A stretch of 31,855 nt of DNA from Bacteroidetes bacterium HGW-Bacteroidetes-12. GTDB lineage: Bacteria; Bacteroidota; Bacteroidia; Flavobacteriales_E; Vicingaceae. Positions 15,801 to 23,505 of this stretch are shown piece by piece. The position numbers and the translations under genes are program-made. The notes beneath the pieces were generated by a model that was not told the DNA's origin, ran no database searches, and was given only the letters and a program-made list of their open reading frames with translations. Location: contig PHDR01000001.1 of NCBI GenBank assembly GCA_002841035.1, positions 1-31,855 on the forward strand, read 5' to 3'. Position 1 is the first letter of the stretch. The number at the start of each line of letters is the position of its first letter.

Positions 15801-16408
15801 GATATTTGAATGGAAGAAGTGGTGAAACAGAAAACGAGTTGCCACTATACAAAGTAGAAAATCAAGGATATATTCACTACGGAAAAGGGAGTGTTATTAT
15901 GTATGCCTTGCAAGATTATGTTGGTGAAAAAAACGTAAACACCGCACTTAAAAACTTTTTAGAAGAATATCGATACAAAGAACCTCCTTACCCAACTTCG
16001 TTAAATTTTTTAAACCATTTAGAAGCTCAATTGCCCGATTCTCAAAAATATTTGATAACCGATTGGTTTAAAGAAATTACATTATACGACTTTAGATTAA
16101 CAGAAGCCTCCTACAAAAAAGTGAACAACAACTATGAAATTACAATGAAAGTAGAAGCTTATAAATTAAAAGCCGACACTATTGGCAACGAAACCAAAGT
16201 TGAACTGAATGATTGGGTAAATATTGGTGTTTATGCCGATAAAGATGAAAAAAAATTACTCTATGAGAAAAAAGTTCTGTTTAATAAGAAAAATAACCAT
16301 TTCACTTTTACGGTAAATGCCTTGCCTGCAAAAGCTGCCATAGACCCTCGTAAAATTCTTATAGAACGAGTTTATACCGACAACACAAAAAGCATAACAG
16401 AAATGTAA
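12836..16408 (+). CDS. ABC-2 type permease fused to an M1-family metallopeptidase domain
   Basis: Two multi-TM halves in the first ~590 aa, then a soluble domain with HEMAH (15635) and a downstream Glu in LSESFAEY, plus YIHYGKG. Confidence 0.9.
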   Translation: MFTEFFTKEITSALKRPMIYIFLFIITLLVFGAVASDNVVIGGSVGNVYKNAPHVITTYVSILTIFGLMIATAFFNNAALRDYENDFNEILFSTPIKKSAYFFGRFFGALVLSTIPLLGVFLGFLLGAVIGPAAGWIEPDRIGPFYFSSFVNNYLLLILPNMFFAGAIIFAMANQWKSTVISFVGTLIIIIGYLVSGTLLSDLENQVLGALTDIFGMRAYSVDARYFTPMEKNTVSIGFSGWLLYNRMIWISVGILILAVAYKLFSFTEKQKKTKEIKPEKKTITQFYLPKISLNFNAKSQLTFFNSFFKISLLSILKSTTYKILFVFSTILIIVTFYGGFEYYGLHAYPLTYNMIEDINNTTSIFVIIILVFFSGELIWKDRNSHINEVIDSTPHFSIVSLIAKAVSLVIVTSLINLFLILIALFYQLINGYTNLELSVYALDFLYNNLPKYATWSMVLLFIQVIINNKYIGYFISILFLFLLDIIFLMLEINTNMFRIGATPSMTYSDMNEFGPALPSVLWFNLYWFLFGVFCLLLAGLFWIRGTSESFKIRVTSLKKHLNKNYTIGISSVFIAFIGVAGFLYYNTQILNHYNTSDEDEKDQIAYETTYKKYENSLIPKVVDIKYDIAIYPETRKVEAKIKLKLVNKTALPIDSLHFSLTKKWNQKIYIKNAKQVLNDEKLDYTIYKLNKALLPNDTIAILVEATYINKGIENEVSSLDIIKNGTFFNNFNILPYMGYNEGVEIADKNTRKKHNLPEKKRMPKLEENCGVNCMQNYLSNGRADWVTVETVISTSINQLAVAPGSLIKEWQENNRNYFNYKVDTISQNFYSFMSAEYQVARRKWKGIDLEVYYDKKHTYNTEIMLDALQKSLSYYTENFGPYFHKQARIIEFPRYSTFAQAFPGTMPYSEAFGFVIDLRDAEKNNVIDFVIAHEMAHQWWAHQVVGANMQGGTMLSESFAEYSALMVMKKTLNDSLKMKNFLKYDLDRYLNGRSGETENELPLYKVENQGYIHYGKGSVIMYALQDYVGEKNVNTALKNFLEEYRYKEPPYPTSLNFLNHLEAQLPDSQKYLITDWFKEITLYDFRLTEASYKKVNNNYEITMKVEAYKLKADTIGNETKVELNDWVNIGVYADKDEKKLLYEKKVLFNKKNNHFTFTVNALPAKAAIDPRKILIERVYTDNTKSITEM

Positions 16409-16624
16409 CAATTTGAAAATGTAGCAATGTAGCAATGTTGAGCTTTTAAAACATTTTTAACCTCTAACTTCCTACTTCTGTCTTCCAACTTCTGACTTTA
16501 AAAACCACAGAGGAACACGGAGTTATGCCACGAATGCACGAATTTTTAATAGTATTGCTTCCTACTTCGGATTTCTTACTTCATAAAATTATTTTTTTTA
16601 GAACACTCTCCTGCAATTAATTTA

Positions 16625-16632
16625 TAATTTTG
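16625..16632 (+). promoter_or_regulatory. Sigma70 -7 element
   Basis: TAATTTTG, 32 bp before the kinase ATG. Confidence 0.55.
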
Positions 16633-16664
16633 TACTTTTAACCGCTTTATAGAAACACACATTT

Positions 16665-17288
16665 ATGATAATAGCAATAGCAGGAAATATAGGCTCAGGA
16701 AAAACTACTTTAACCAAACTTTTAGCAAAACATTACAAATGGGAACCTCATTTTGAAGATGTTGACGACAATCCTTATTTGAACGATTTTTATAACGATA
16801 TGCAGCGTTGGTCTTTTAACCTACAAGTGTATTATATGACAAGCCGAATAAGCAAAATTCAAGAAATAAGAAAAGGGAAAAAAACCGTTATTCAAGACCG
16901 AACCCTTTATGAAGACGCCTATATTTTTGCACCTAACTTACACTCCATGGGCTTAATGACCACCCGTGATTTTGAAACCTATTTTTCCTTATTTAAACTA
17001 CAAGAAACATTTATAACCCCCCCCGATTTATTAATTTACCTTAGGGCTTCTGTGCCAACATTAGTAAATCAAATTCAAAAAAGAGGTAGAGATTACGAAG
17101 AAAGTATAAGATTAGATTACCTCAAAAGACTTAACGAACGCTACGAAGCATGGGTTTCTACTTACGATCAAGGAAAAATTTTAATTATTGATGTGGATAG
17201 TAATAATTTTTCTGAAAAAGCCGAAGACTTAGGTAAAATAATCCAAAATGTAGATGCCGAATTACATGGTTTATTTGAAGGAAACTAA
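16665..17288 (+). CDS. Deoxynucleoside kinase
   Basis: P-loop GNIGSGKT, DRTLYED motif, lid RGRDYE. Confidence 0.93.
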   Translation: MIIAIAGNIGSGKTTLTKLLAKHYKWEPHFEDVDDNPYLNDFYNDMQRWSFNLQVYYMTSRISKIQEIRKGKKTVIQDRTLYEDAYIFAPNLHSMGLMTTRDFETYFSLFKLQETFITPPDLLIYLRASVPTLVNQIQKRGRDYEESIRLDYLKRLNERYEAWVSTYDQGKILIIDVDSNNFSEKAEDLGKIIQNVDAELHGLFEGN

Positions 17289-17395
17289 TTTTAATGTGTT
17301 GATATTTAATTAACAAGACGAAAGAACAAAGGTATTAAGAAATAAGACTTTATGAAAGAAATGTTGAATATTAAGTGTTGAATTTCAAATGTTTT

Positions 17396-17478
17396 AACCT
17401 TATAAACTTTATGCTTTATAACTTTATAAACTTTATAAACTTTATACTTTATAAACTTTAGACTTAATTGACTTAACT
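17396..17478 (+). repeat. ACTTTATAA-type short tandem repeat tract
   Basis: About nine degenerate units upstream of yebC. Confidence 0.8.
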
Positions 17479-17495
17479 AATAAAAATAAATAAAA

Positions 17496-18215
17496 ATGGG
17501 AAGAGCTTTTGAATTTAGAAAAGCAAGAAAAATGAAACGCTGGGGTCAAATGGCTCGCACGTTTTCTCGCATCGGAAAAGACATAGTAATAGCAATTAAA
17601 GCTGGCGGACCCGACCCCGAATCGAATTCCAGTTTAAGAGCCGTAATGCAAAATGCAAAGGCAGCCAACATGCCTAAAGAAAATGTTGAAAGAGCAATAA
17701 AAAAAGCCACTTCAAAAGATGTTTCCGACTATAAACAAGTAATTTTAGAAGGCTATGGACCGCACGGAATTGCTGTATTAGTTGAAACCGCAACAGACAA
17801 CAACAACAGAACAGTAGCCAACATTAGAAGTTATTTTAACAAATGTGAAGGCAGTTTGGGCGTTTCTGGTTCTGTAATTTTTATGTTTGACCATACATGC
17901 AACTTTAGAATAGCAAAAACAGGAATTGACATTGAAGAATTAGAACTCGAACTAATAGATTTTGGTGCCGAAGAAGTTTTTGATGATGAAGATGGCGTTA
18001 TTGTTTATGCACCTTTTGGAAGTTTTGGTTCATTACAAAAGCATTTTGAAGAAAATAACATTGAAATTTTATCGTCAGGTTTTGAACGCATACCTCAACT
18101 AACCAAAAAACTAACACCCGAACAACGTGCCGATATGGATAAATTACTTGAAAAAATTGAAGAAGATGATGATGTGCAAAACGTATATCACACTATGGAT
18201 GAAACAGAGGAATAA
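17496..18215 (+). CDS. yebC: YebC/PmpR family protein
   Basis: GGPDPESN, NMPKENVERAIKKA, YEG-like LEGYGPHG, TDNNNRT, EDDDVQNVY. Confidence 0.95.
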   Translation: MGRAFEFRKARKMKRWGQMARTFSRIGKDIVIAIKAGGPDPESNSSLRAVMQNAKAANMPKENVERAIKKATSKDVSDYKQVILEGYGPHGIAVLVETATDNNNRTVANIRSYFNKCEGSLGVSGSVIFMFDHTCNFRIAKTGIDIEELELELIDFGAEEVFDDEDGVIVYAPFGSFGSLQKHFEENNIEILSSGFERIPQLTKKLTPEQRADMDKLLEKIEEDDDVQNVYHTMDETEE

Positions 18216-18234
18216 TTAGGTTAAAAAAAATGAT

Positions 18235-18242
18235 TAATTTTG
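18235..18242 (+). promoter_or_regulatory. Sigma70 -7 element
   Basis: TAATTTTG, 22 bp before the desaturase ATG. Confidence 0.55.
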
Positions 18243-18264
18243 TATCAAATTATTTATTATTTTA

Positions 18265-19347
18265 ATGGAACAACAAGTAAAATTTAACACCAAGATTAAC
18301 GCAGATTTCACAAAAGAACTAAGAGCTAGAGTAAATAATTATTTCAAAGAAAATAATATTTCTAAATATGGAAACGCCAATATGGTTATTAAAACCATTT
18401 TTATGTTGGCACTTTATATTGTTCCTTACATATTAGTTCTAACCAACACTTTTGAAAACACTTTTTCCGTTTTTCTTTTATGGGTTTTAATGGGAATTGG
18501 TATGGCAGGAATTGGGTTATCCATTATGCATGATGCCAACCATGGCGTTTATTCAAAAAATAAAAAAATAAATTCAGCATTAGGTTACTTAATAAATTTA
18601 GTAGGTGGAAGTGCTATTAATTGGAAAATACAACACAATGTGTTGCACCACACCTATACAAACATTCATGAACACGATGAAGATTTAGACTCTGGTGGTT
18701 TAATGCGGTTTTCTGAACATCAAAAACGATACAAATTTCACCGTTTTCAAAAATATTACGCTTGGTTTTTATATGGATTATTAACCATTTCTTGGTCGTT
18801 AAAAAAAGATTTTATTCAACTTAAACGATACAAAAACAGAGATTTACTAAAAACACAAGGAGTAACTTACAATCGAGCATTTAACAATTTAGTAATTGTT
18901 AAAATTTTATATTTTGCCCATATAATTGCACTTCCTTTAATTTTTGCACATCAAACTTGGTGGATAACGATAATTTTCTACCTCGTTATGCACTATGTTT
19001 GTGGATTTATACTCTCTACTATTTTTCAGGCGGCACACGTTGTTGCCGAAACCTCTTTTCCTATTCCTGATAGTGTTGGTAATATGGAAAATAATTGGGC
19101 TGTTCATCAACTTTATACCACTGCCAATTTTGCAAAAAACAACCGAATTTTATCTTGGTATGTTGGAGGATTAAATTTTCAGGTAGAACATCACTTATTT
19201 CCAAATATTTGCCATGTTCATTATCGAAAATTATCAGAGATAGTTAAGAAAACAGCTTTAGCATATAATCTACCTTACCATTCTAGTTATTCTTTTTTTG
19301 GGGCATTACGAAGTCATTATCTGCTTTTAGATAGATTAGGAAAATAA
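18265..19347 (+). CDS. Membrane fatty acid (acyl-CoA) desaturase
   Basis: Three His boxes HDANH, HNVLHH and QVEHH, with hydrophobic segments between them. Confidence 0.93.
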   Translation: MEQQVKFNTKINADFTKELRARVNNYFKENNISKYGNANMVIKTIFMLALYIVPYILVLTNTFENTFSVFLLWVLMGIGMAGIGLSIMHDANHGVYSKNKKINSALGYLINLVGGSAINWKIQHNVLHHTYTNIHEHDEDLDSGGLMRFSEHQKRYKFHRFQKYYAWFLYGLLTISWSLKKDFIQLKRYKNRDLLKTQGVTYNRAFNNLVIVKILYFAHIIALPLIFAHQTWWITIIFYLVMHYVCGFILSTIFQAAHVVAETSFPIPDSVGNMENNWAVHQLYTTANFAKNNRILSWYVGGLNFQVEHHLFPNICHVHYRKLSEIVKKTALAYNLPYHSSYSFFGALRSHYLLLDRLGK

Positions 19348-19422
19348 AACCTACTCTCATTTGTAAATTTTCTTCTTTTAAAAACTAAATATTACGGCTA
19401 TTTTTGTTCAATAAAAATTGCT

Positions 19423-19450
19423 TGCAACTTTATTGTTATTTTTGAAGTCT
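19423..19450 (+). promoter_or_regulatory. Putative ECF sigma promoter
   Basis: TGCAAC-N17-AGTCT upstream of the T9SS cargo gene. Confidence 0.35.
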
Positions 19451-19479
19451 TACTTATTTGTTATTACTAAAATTAAAAA

Positions 19480-22400
19480 ATGAACTTAAAAAAATCAATT
19501 TGTTTATCCTTTATTTTATTTGTTACATCAACATTGCTAATTGCTCAAAGAGGAAAAGATGGTGCTAAGATAATTTCTGGTACCGAAGTTGTAAATGCGT
19601 TCACAATACTTACGAGCAACGCTAGTATAGGGTCAACATCAATAACCGTAGCAAACAGTTCTTTAACCACCAACTTCCCAACACCACTTTCACAAGGCGA
19701 TCTAATACTAATCTATCAAGTTCAAGGAGCATCAATAGAAGATACTGTTGATAATATAAATATCGGAAATTCATCGAGATTTTTTCAATCTTGGGGCTCA
19801 ATTACAAATTATAACAATACTGGAAACTATGAGTTTCTTCAAGTTTCAAGTGTTCCAAACGCAACAACCATAAACTTTGATTGTGCATTATCATTAAACT
19901 ATACCGCTGCCGACAGGGTTGTTGTAATAAGAGTGCCTAGATACACTTCTTTAACAGTAAATAATGGTGGGATTTTAACCACATTGCCTTGGAATGGTTC
20001 TATCGGTGGTGTTTTAGCTGTTGAGGTTTTAGGTTTAACAACAATTAATACGGGAGGAACTGTTGATGTTAGTGGATTAGGATTTAGAGGGGGAGCAGCA
20101 TATACAACAAGCGTAATAACTGTTAATGGAGGATTACGTTATGCAGATGCTAATAATTTAGCATTAGAAGGTACTGAAAAAGGAGAAGGAATTGCTGGGG
20201 ACCAAACTGTTTACGCTACATTTAATTTAGGAGGTGCTGGATATTGCAGGGGTGCAGCTGCAAATGCTGGTGGTGGTGGAAATGGGCATAACTCCGGTGG
20301 TGGTGGTGGTGCTAATGCTGGAGACATTTTAAATTGGAACAGAGGAGTTGGAACTCCAGATATAAGTAACCCTAATTATATTACAGCATGGGGATTAGAT
20401 ACAACATTACAACCAACAACCGTATCTTCTGGAGGCGGAAGAGGTGGTTATTCTATTTTAAAAAACAATAGAAACGAACTAACCACTCCTCCTAATGATG
20501 TATTATGGGGTGGCGATTTCAGAAGAGATAATGGAGGTTTAGGAGGCAGACCGTTGGATTATTCCACTGGAAAGCTATTTTTTGGTGGTGGTGGTGGTGC
20601 TGGAGAAGGCGATAATGGTCAAGCTAGCAATGGTGGTAATGGAGGTGGTTTAATTTTTATTTCTTCCTACGGTAATATTACTGGTGGTGGGAAAATTAAA
20701 GCAAATGGAAGAAATGGTGTTGATGTTAATCCGGGCTCTGCACCAATTGGACAACTTAGGGGTATAGATGCTGCTGGAGGTGCTGGTGCTGGAGGAACAA
20801 TCATTTTAAAAACAACTGGCACTGTTTCTTTAACAGATTCTATTGTTGCAAATGGAGGACGAGGCGGTAATCAAGTATTGGTTGCTGGTTTATTTGCAAC
20901 CATTGATGAAGGAGAAGGTCCTGGTGGTGGAGGTGGTGGTGGTTATATTGCTATTTCTGCGGGAACCCCTCCTTTAAGAGTTGCTAATGGTGGTATAAAT
21001 GGAGTAACTAATTGTCCTTATGTTTCGTTATTCCCTCCTAATGGAGCTACAATGGGTGGAACTGGTTTAGCAAATGAAACCATTAACAGTTTCGATATTG
21101 TTGTTACTGGAGATAGCATTTGTGCTAACACAACTGCTTTAATTTCTGCTTCATTAACAGGTAATCCTCCTTTAGGAGCATCTATTGAATGGTTTGATGC
21201 TCAGTTTAATGGAAACTTAGTGTTTTCTGGCTCTAATTTTACGACACCTATATTAGCAACTTCAACAACCTATTGGGTTAGAGTTTGTCCTGCACCCTAT
21301 TTAGTACCTGTTCTAGTAACCGTTGTTCCTTGCACTTTTCCTATAGCAAATTTTAGTTCTTCAGACAGTTCCATTTGTATTAATGATTGTATTAGTTTTA
21401 CCGATTTAAGCTCTGGAAGTCCAACAAATTGGTCGTGGTATTTCTTTGGATCTTCCACTCCTACTTCATCACAACAAAATCCAACCAATGTATGTTACCC
21501 CAACGCAGGAAGTTTTGATGTAGCTTTAGTTATAAACAACACAAATGGACAAGATTCTATCTTTATAGCTAATTTTATTACCATAAACCCTCTACCAACT
21601 GTTGTAGCTAGTAACAATACTTCTATTTGTTTGGGAAGCTCAGCCACTATTTCTGCTTCTGGAGCGTTAACTTACACTTGGAACAATGGCTTAGGTGCTG
21701 GTCAAAATCATGCTGTTTCTCCAATTACAACTACAACCTATATTGTTACTGGAACTGATGTGAATGGTTGTCAAAATACAGATAATGTTGTTGTTACTGT
21801 TATTAATTGTGGAAATTCTCCTATTGCTAATTTTAGTGCATCAGACAGTTCCATCTGTATTAATGATTGTATTAGTTTTACAGACTTAAGTGTAGGATTA
21901 CCTACTAATTGGACGTGGTATTTCTTTGGATCTTCCACTCCTACTTCATCACAACAAAATCCAACCAATATTTGTTACCCAACTTCTGGAAGTTTTGATG
22001 TAGCTTTGGTTGTATCAAACGCAAATGGACAAGATTCTATTTTCTTAACTAATTTTATTACTGTAAATGCACTTCCTAATGTATTTGCAAATACAACCAA
22101 CGATACTATTTGTTCAGGAAATTCAGTAACACTAACAGGAAGTGGAGCGGCAAACTATACTTGGAACAATGGCGTTGTTGATGGCGTTTCAACCACACCT
22201 CCTACTCTACCAATTACTTATAATGTTGTTGGCACCGATCTTAACGGTTGTTCTAATTCAAATTCTGTTACCGTTTATTCTACTCCTCCACCTGTTGCCA
22301 CTAGTTTATTGGTTCCTGCTTCTGATTTTTGTGTGAACATTGGTGTTTTATTTAATGCCTCTTTTTCTCAAAATGCAACAGTATTTAACTGGATAATTTC

Positions 22401-23085
22401 CCAAAATACGAATGTTATTTTTACAGATACAGCCGCTCAAACATCATTTACTTTTACGAGTGCAGGGCAATATACTTATATGCTTATTGCTTCAAATGGT
22501 TGTGAAAGTGATACATTAATTGAAAACATTACTGTTCAACCAATTCCTGTTGCTAACGCAACTTTTTCTTCGTTAATAGATTTGTGTGCTGGTGTTCCTA
22601 TTTTATTTGATGCTACTAACTCCTTAAATTCAGCTGGATTTTTATGGACATTTAACGAAGGTAATCCAAGCATAACCAATTCAAGCACAAACCCAATTAA
22701 TGTAACTTTTGGAGATACAGGCACACACAATTTTACGCTTGAAGCAATAAATATTTGCGGAAGAGATACTTTTGAAGGTTCTATTTCTATTGATTCTTGC
22801 TTATTTATTACGCCATCGTTTACAATTCCAAATGTATTTAGCCCTAATAACGATGGGAATAATGATTTTTTCTTTGTTGAAAGTTTTGAGTTAGATGCTT
22901 TAGATATGAAAATATATAACCGATGGGGCGAGAAAATTTTTGAAGCCAATGAAATCAATGCAGCTTGGGACGGAAAAACTACCTCAGGGAACGAAAGTTC
23001 TGAAGGTACTTATTTCTACATTATTACAATTACCATTTCGGGGAAAAAAGAAGTTTATAAAGGAACATTATCTTTATTGAGGTAG
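19480..23085 (+). CDS. Secreted glycine-rich, PKD/Ig-repeat protein with a gliding-motility-associated (T9SS type B) C-terminal domain
   Basis: Signal peptide, poly-Gly N-terminal half, PKD repeats (PIANFS...W.W.F...QNP...Y...G.F.V.L), C-terminal IPNVFSPNNDGNND...IYNRWGE...WDG...GTYFY...GTLSLLR. Confidence 0.9.
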   Translation: MNLKKSICLSFILFVTSTLLIAQRGKDGAKIISGTEVVNAFTILTSNASIGSTSITVANSSLTTNFPTPLSQGDLILIYQVQGASIEDTVDNINIGNSSRFFQSWGSITNYNNTGNYEFLQVSSVPNATTINFDCALSLNYTAADRVVVIRVPRYTSLTVNNGGILTTLPWNGSIGGVLAVEVLGLTTINTGGTVDVSGLGFRGGAAYTTSVITVNGGLRYADANNLALEGTEKGEGIAGDQTVYATFNLGGAGYCRGAAANAGGGGNGHNSGGGGGANAGDILNWNRGVGTPDISNPNYITAWGLDTTLQPTTVSSGGGRGGYSILKNNRNELTTPPNDVLWGGDFRRDNGGLGGRPLDYSTGKLFFGGGGGAGEGDNGQASNGGNGGGLIFISSYGNITGGGKIKANGRNGVDVNPGSAPIGQLRGIDAAGGAGAGGTIILKTTGTVSLTDSIVANGGRGGNQVLVAGLFATIDEGEGPGGGGGGGYIAISAGTPPLRVANGGINGVTNCPYVSLFPPNGATMGGTGLANETINSFDIVVTGDSICANTTALISASLTGNPPLGASIEWFDAQFNGNLVFSGSNFTTPILATSTTYWVRVCPAPYLVPVLVTVVPCTFPIANFSSSDSSICINDCISFTDLSSGSPTNWSWYFFGSSTPTSSQQNPTNVCYPNAGSFDVALVINNTNGQDSIFIANFITINPLPTVVASNNTSICLGSSATISASGALTYTWNNGLGAGQNHAVSPITTTTYIVTGTDVNGCQNTDNVVVTVINCGNSPIANFSASDSSICINDCISFTDLSVGLPTNWTWYFFGSSTPTSSQQNPTNICYPTSGSFDVALVVSNANGQDSIFLTNFITVNALPNVFANTTNDTICSGNSVTLTGSGAANYTWNNGVVDGVSTTPPTLPITYNVVGTDLNGCSNSNSVTVYSTPPPVATSLLVPASDFCVNIGVLFNASFSQNATVFNWIISQNTNVIFTDTAAQTSFTFTSAGQYTYMLIASNGCESDTLIENITVQPIPVANATFSSLIDLCAGVPILFDATNSLNSAGFLWTFNEGNPSITNSSTNPINVTFGDTGTHNFTLEAINICGRDTFEGSISIDSCLFITPSFTIPNVFSPNNDGNNDFFFVESFELDALDMKIYNRWGEKIFEANEINAAWDGKTTSGNESSEGTYFYIITITISGKKEVYKGTLSLLR

Positions 23086-23112
23086 ATAAATAATCGAATT
23101 TCTGGTTATTAT

Positions 23113-23159
23113 TTAAAGAGAGATGGGCTTGTTCTAAGAACAAGCCCATCTCTCTTTAA
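23113..23159. terminator. Perfect 23-bp-arm palindrome between convergent genes (bidirectional terminator candidate)
   Basis: ttaaagagagatgggcttgttct-a-agaacaagcccatctctctttaa. Confidence 0.7.
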
Positions 23160-23182
23160 TGTAGAAAATAAATATAATGTAA

Positions 23183-23494
23183 TTATGCTTCAGCCGTTGG
23201 ACCTCCAAAATTCATTGGAATTCCTGCTGGACCTGGGTCTTTAATTTTACCATTTTTAGCTTCAAACTTTTGAATGTTATCATCTAAAGCAAGCAATAAG
23301 CGTTTAGCATGTTCGGGGGTCATCAAAATTCTTGATTTCACTTTTGCTTTGGGCATTCCGGGCATAACTTTTACAAAATCAATCACAAATTCAGAATTTG
23401 AATGGCTTATAATTGCTAAGTTAGAATAAATTCCTTCTGCAATTTCTTCACTTAATTCAATATTGAGTTTATTTTCTTGGTTTTCTTCGCTCAT
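23183..23494 (-). CDS. DUF3467 family protein
   Basis: GIYSNLAIISHSNSEFVIDF...SRILMTPEHAKRL, in its usual position after rpoC in Bacteroidota. Confidence 0.88.
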   Translation of the reverse strand: MSEENQENKLNIELSEEIAEGIYSNLAIISHSNSEFVIDFVKVMPGMPKAKVKSRILMTPEHAKRLLLALDDNIQKFEAKNGKIKDPGPAGIPMNFGGPTAEA

Positions 23495-23505
23495 TTTTTC
23501 TAATT

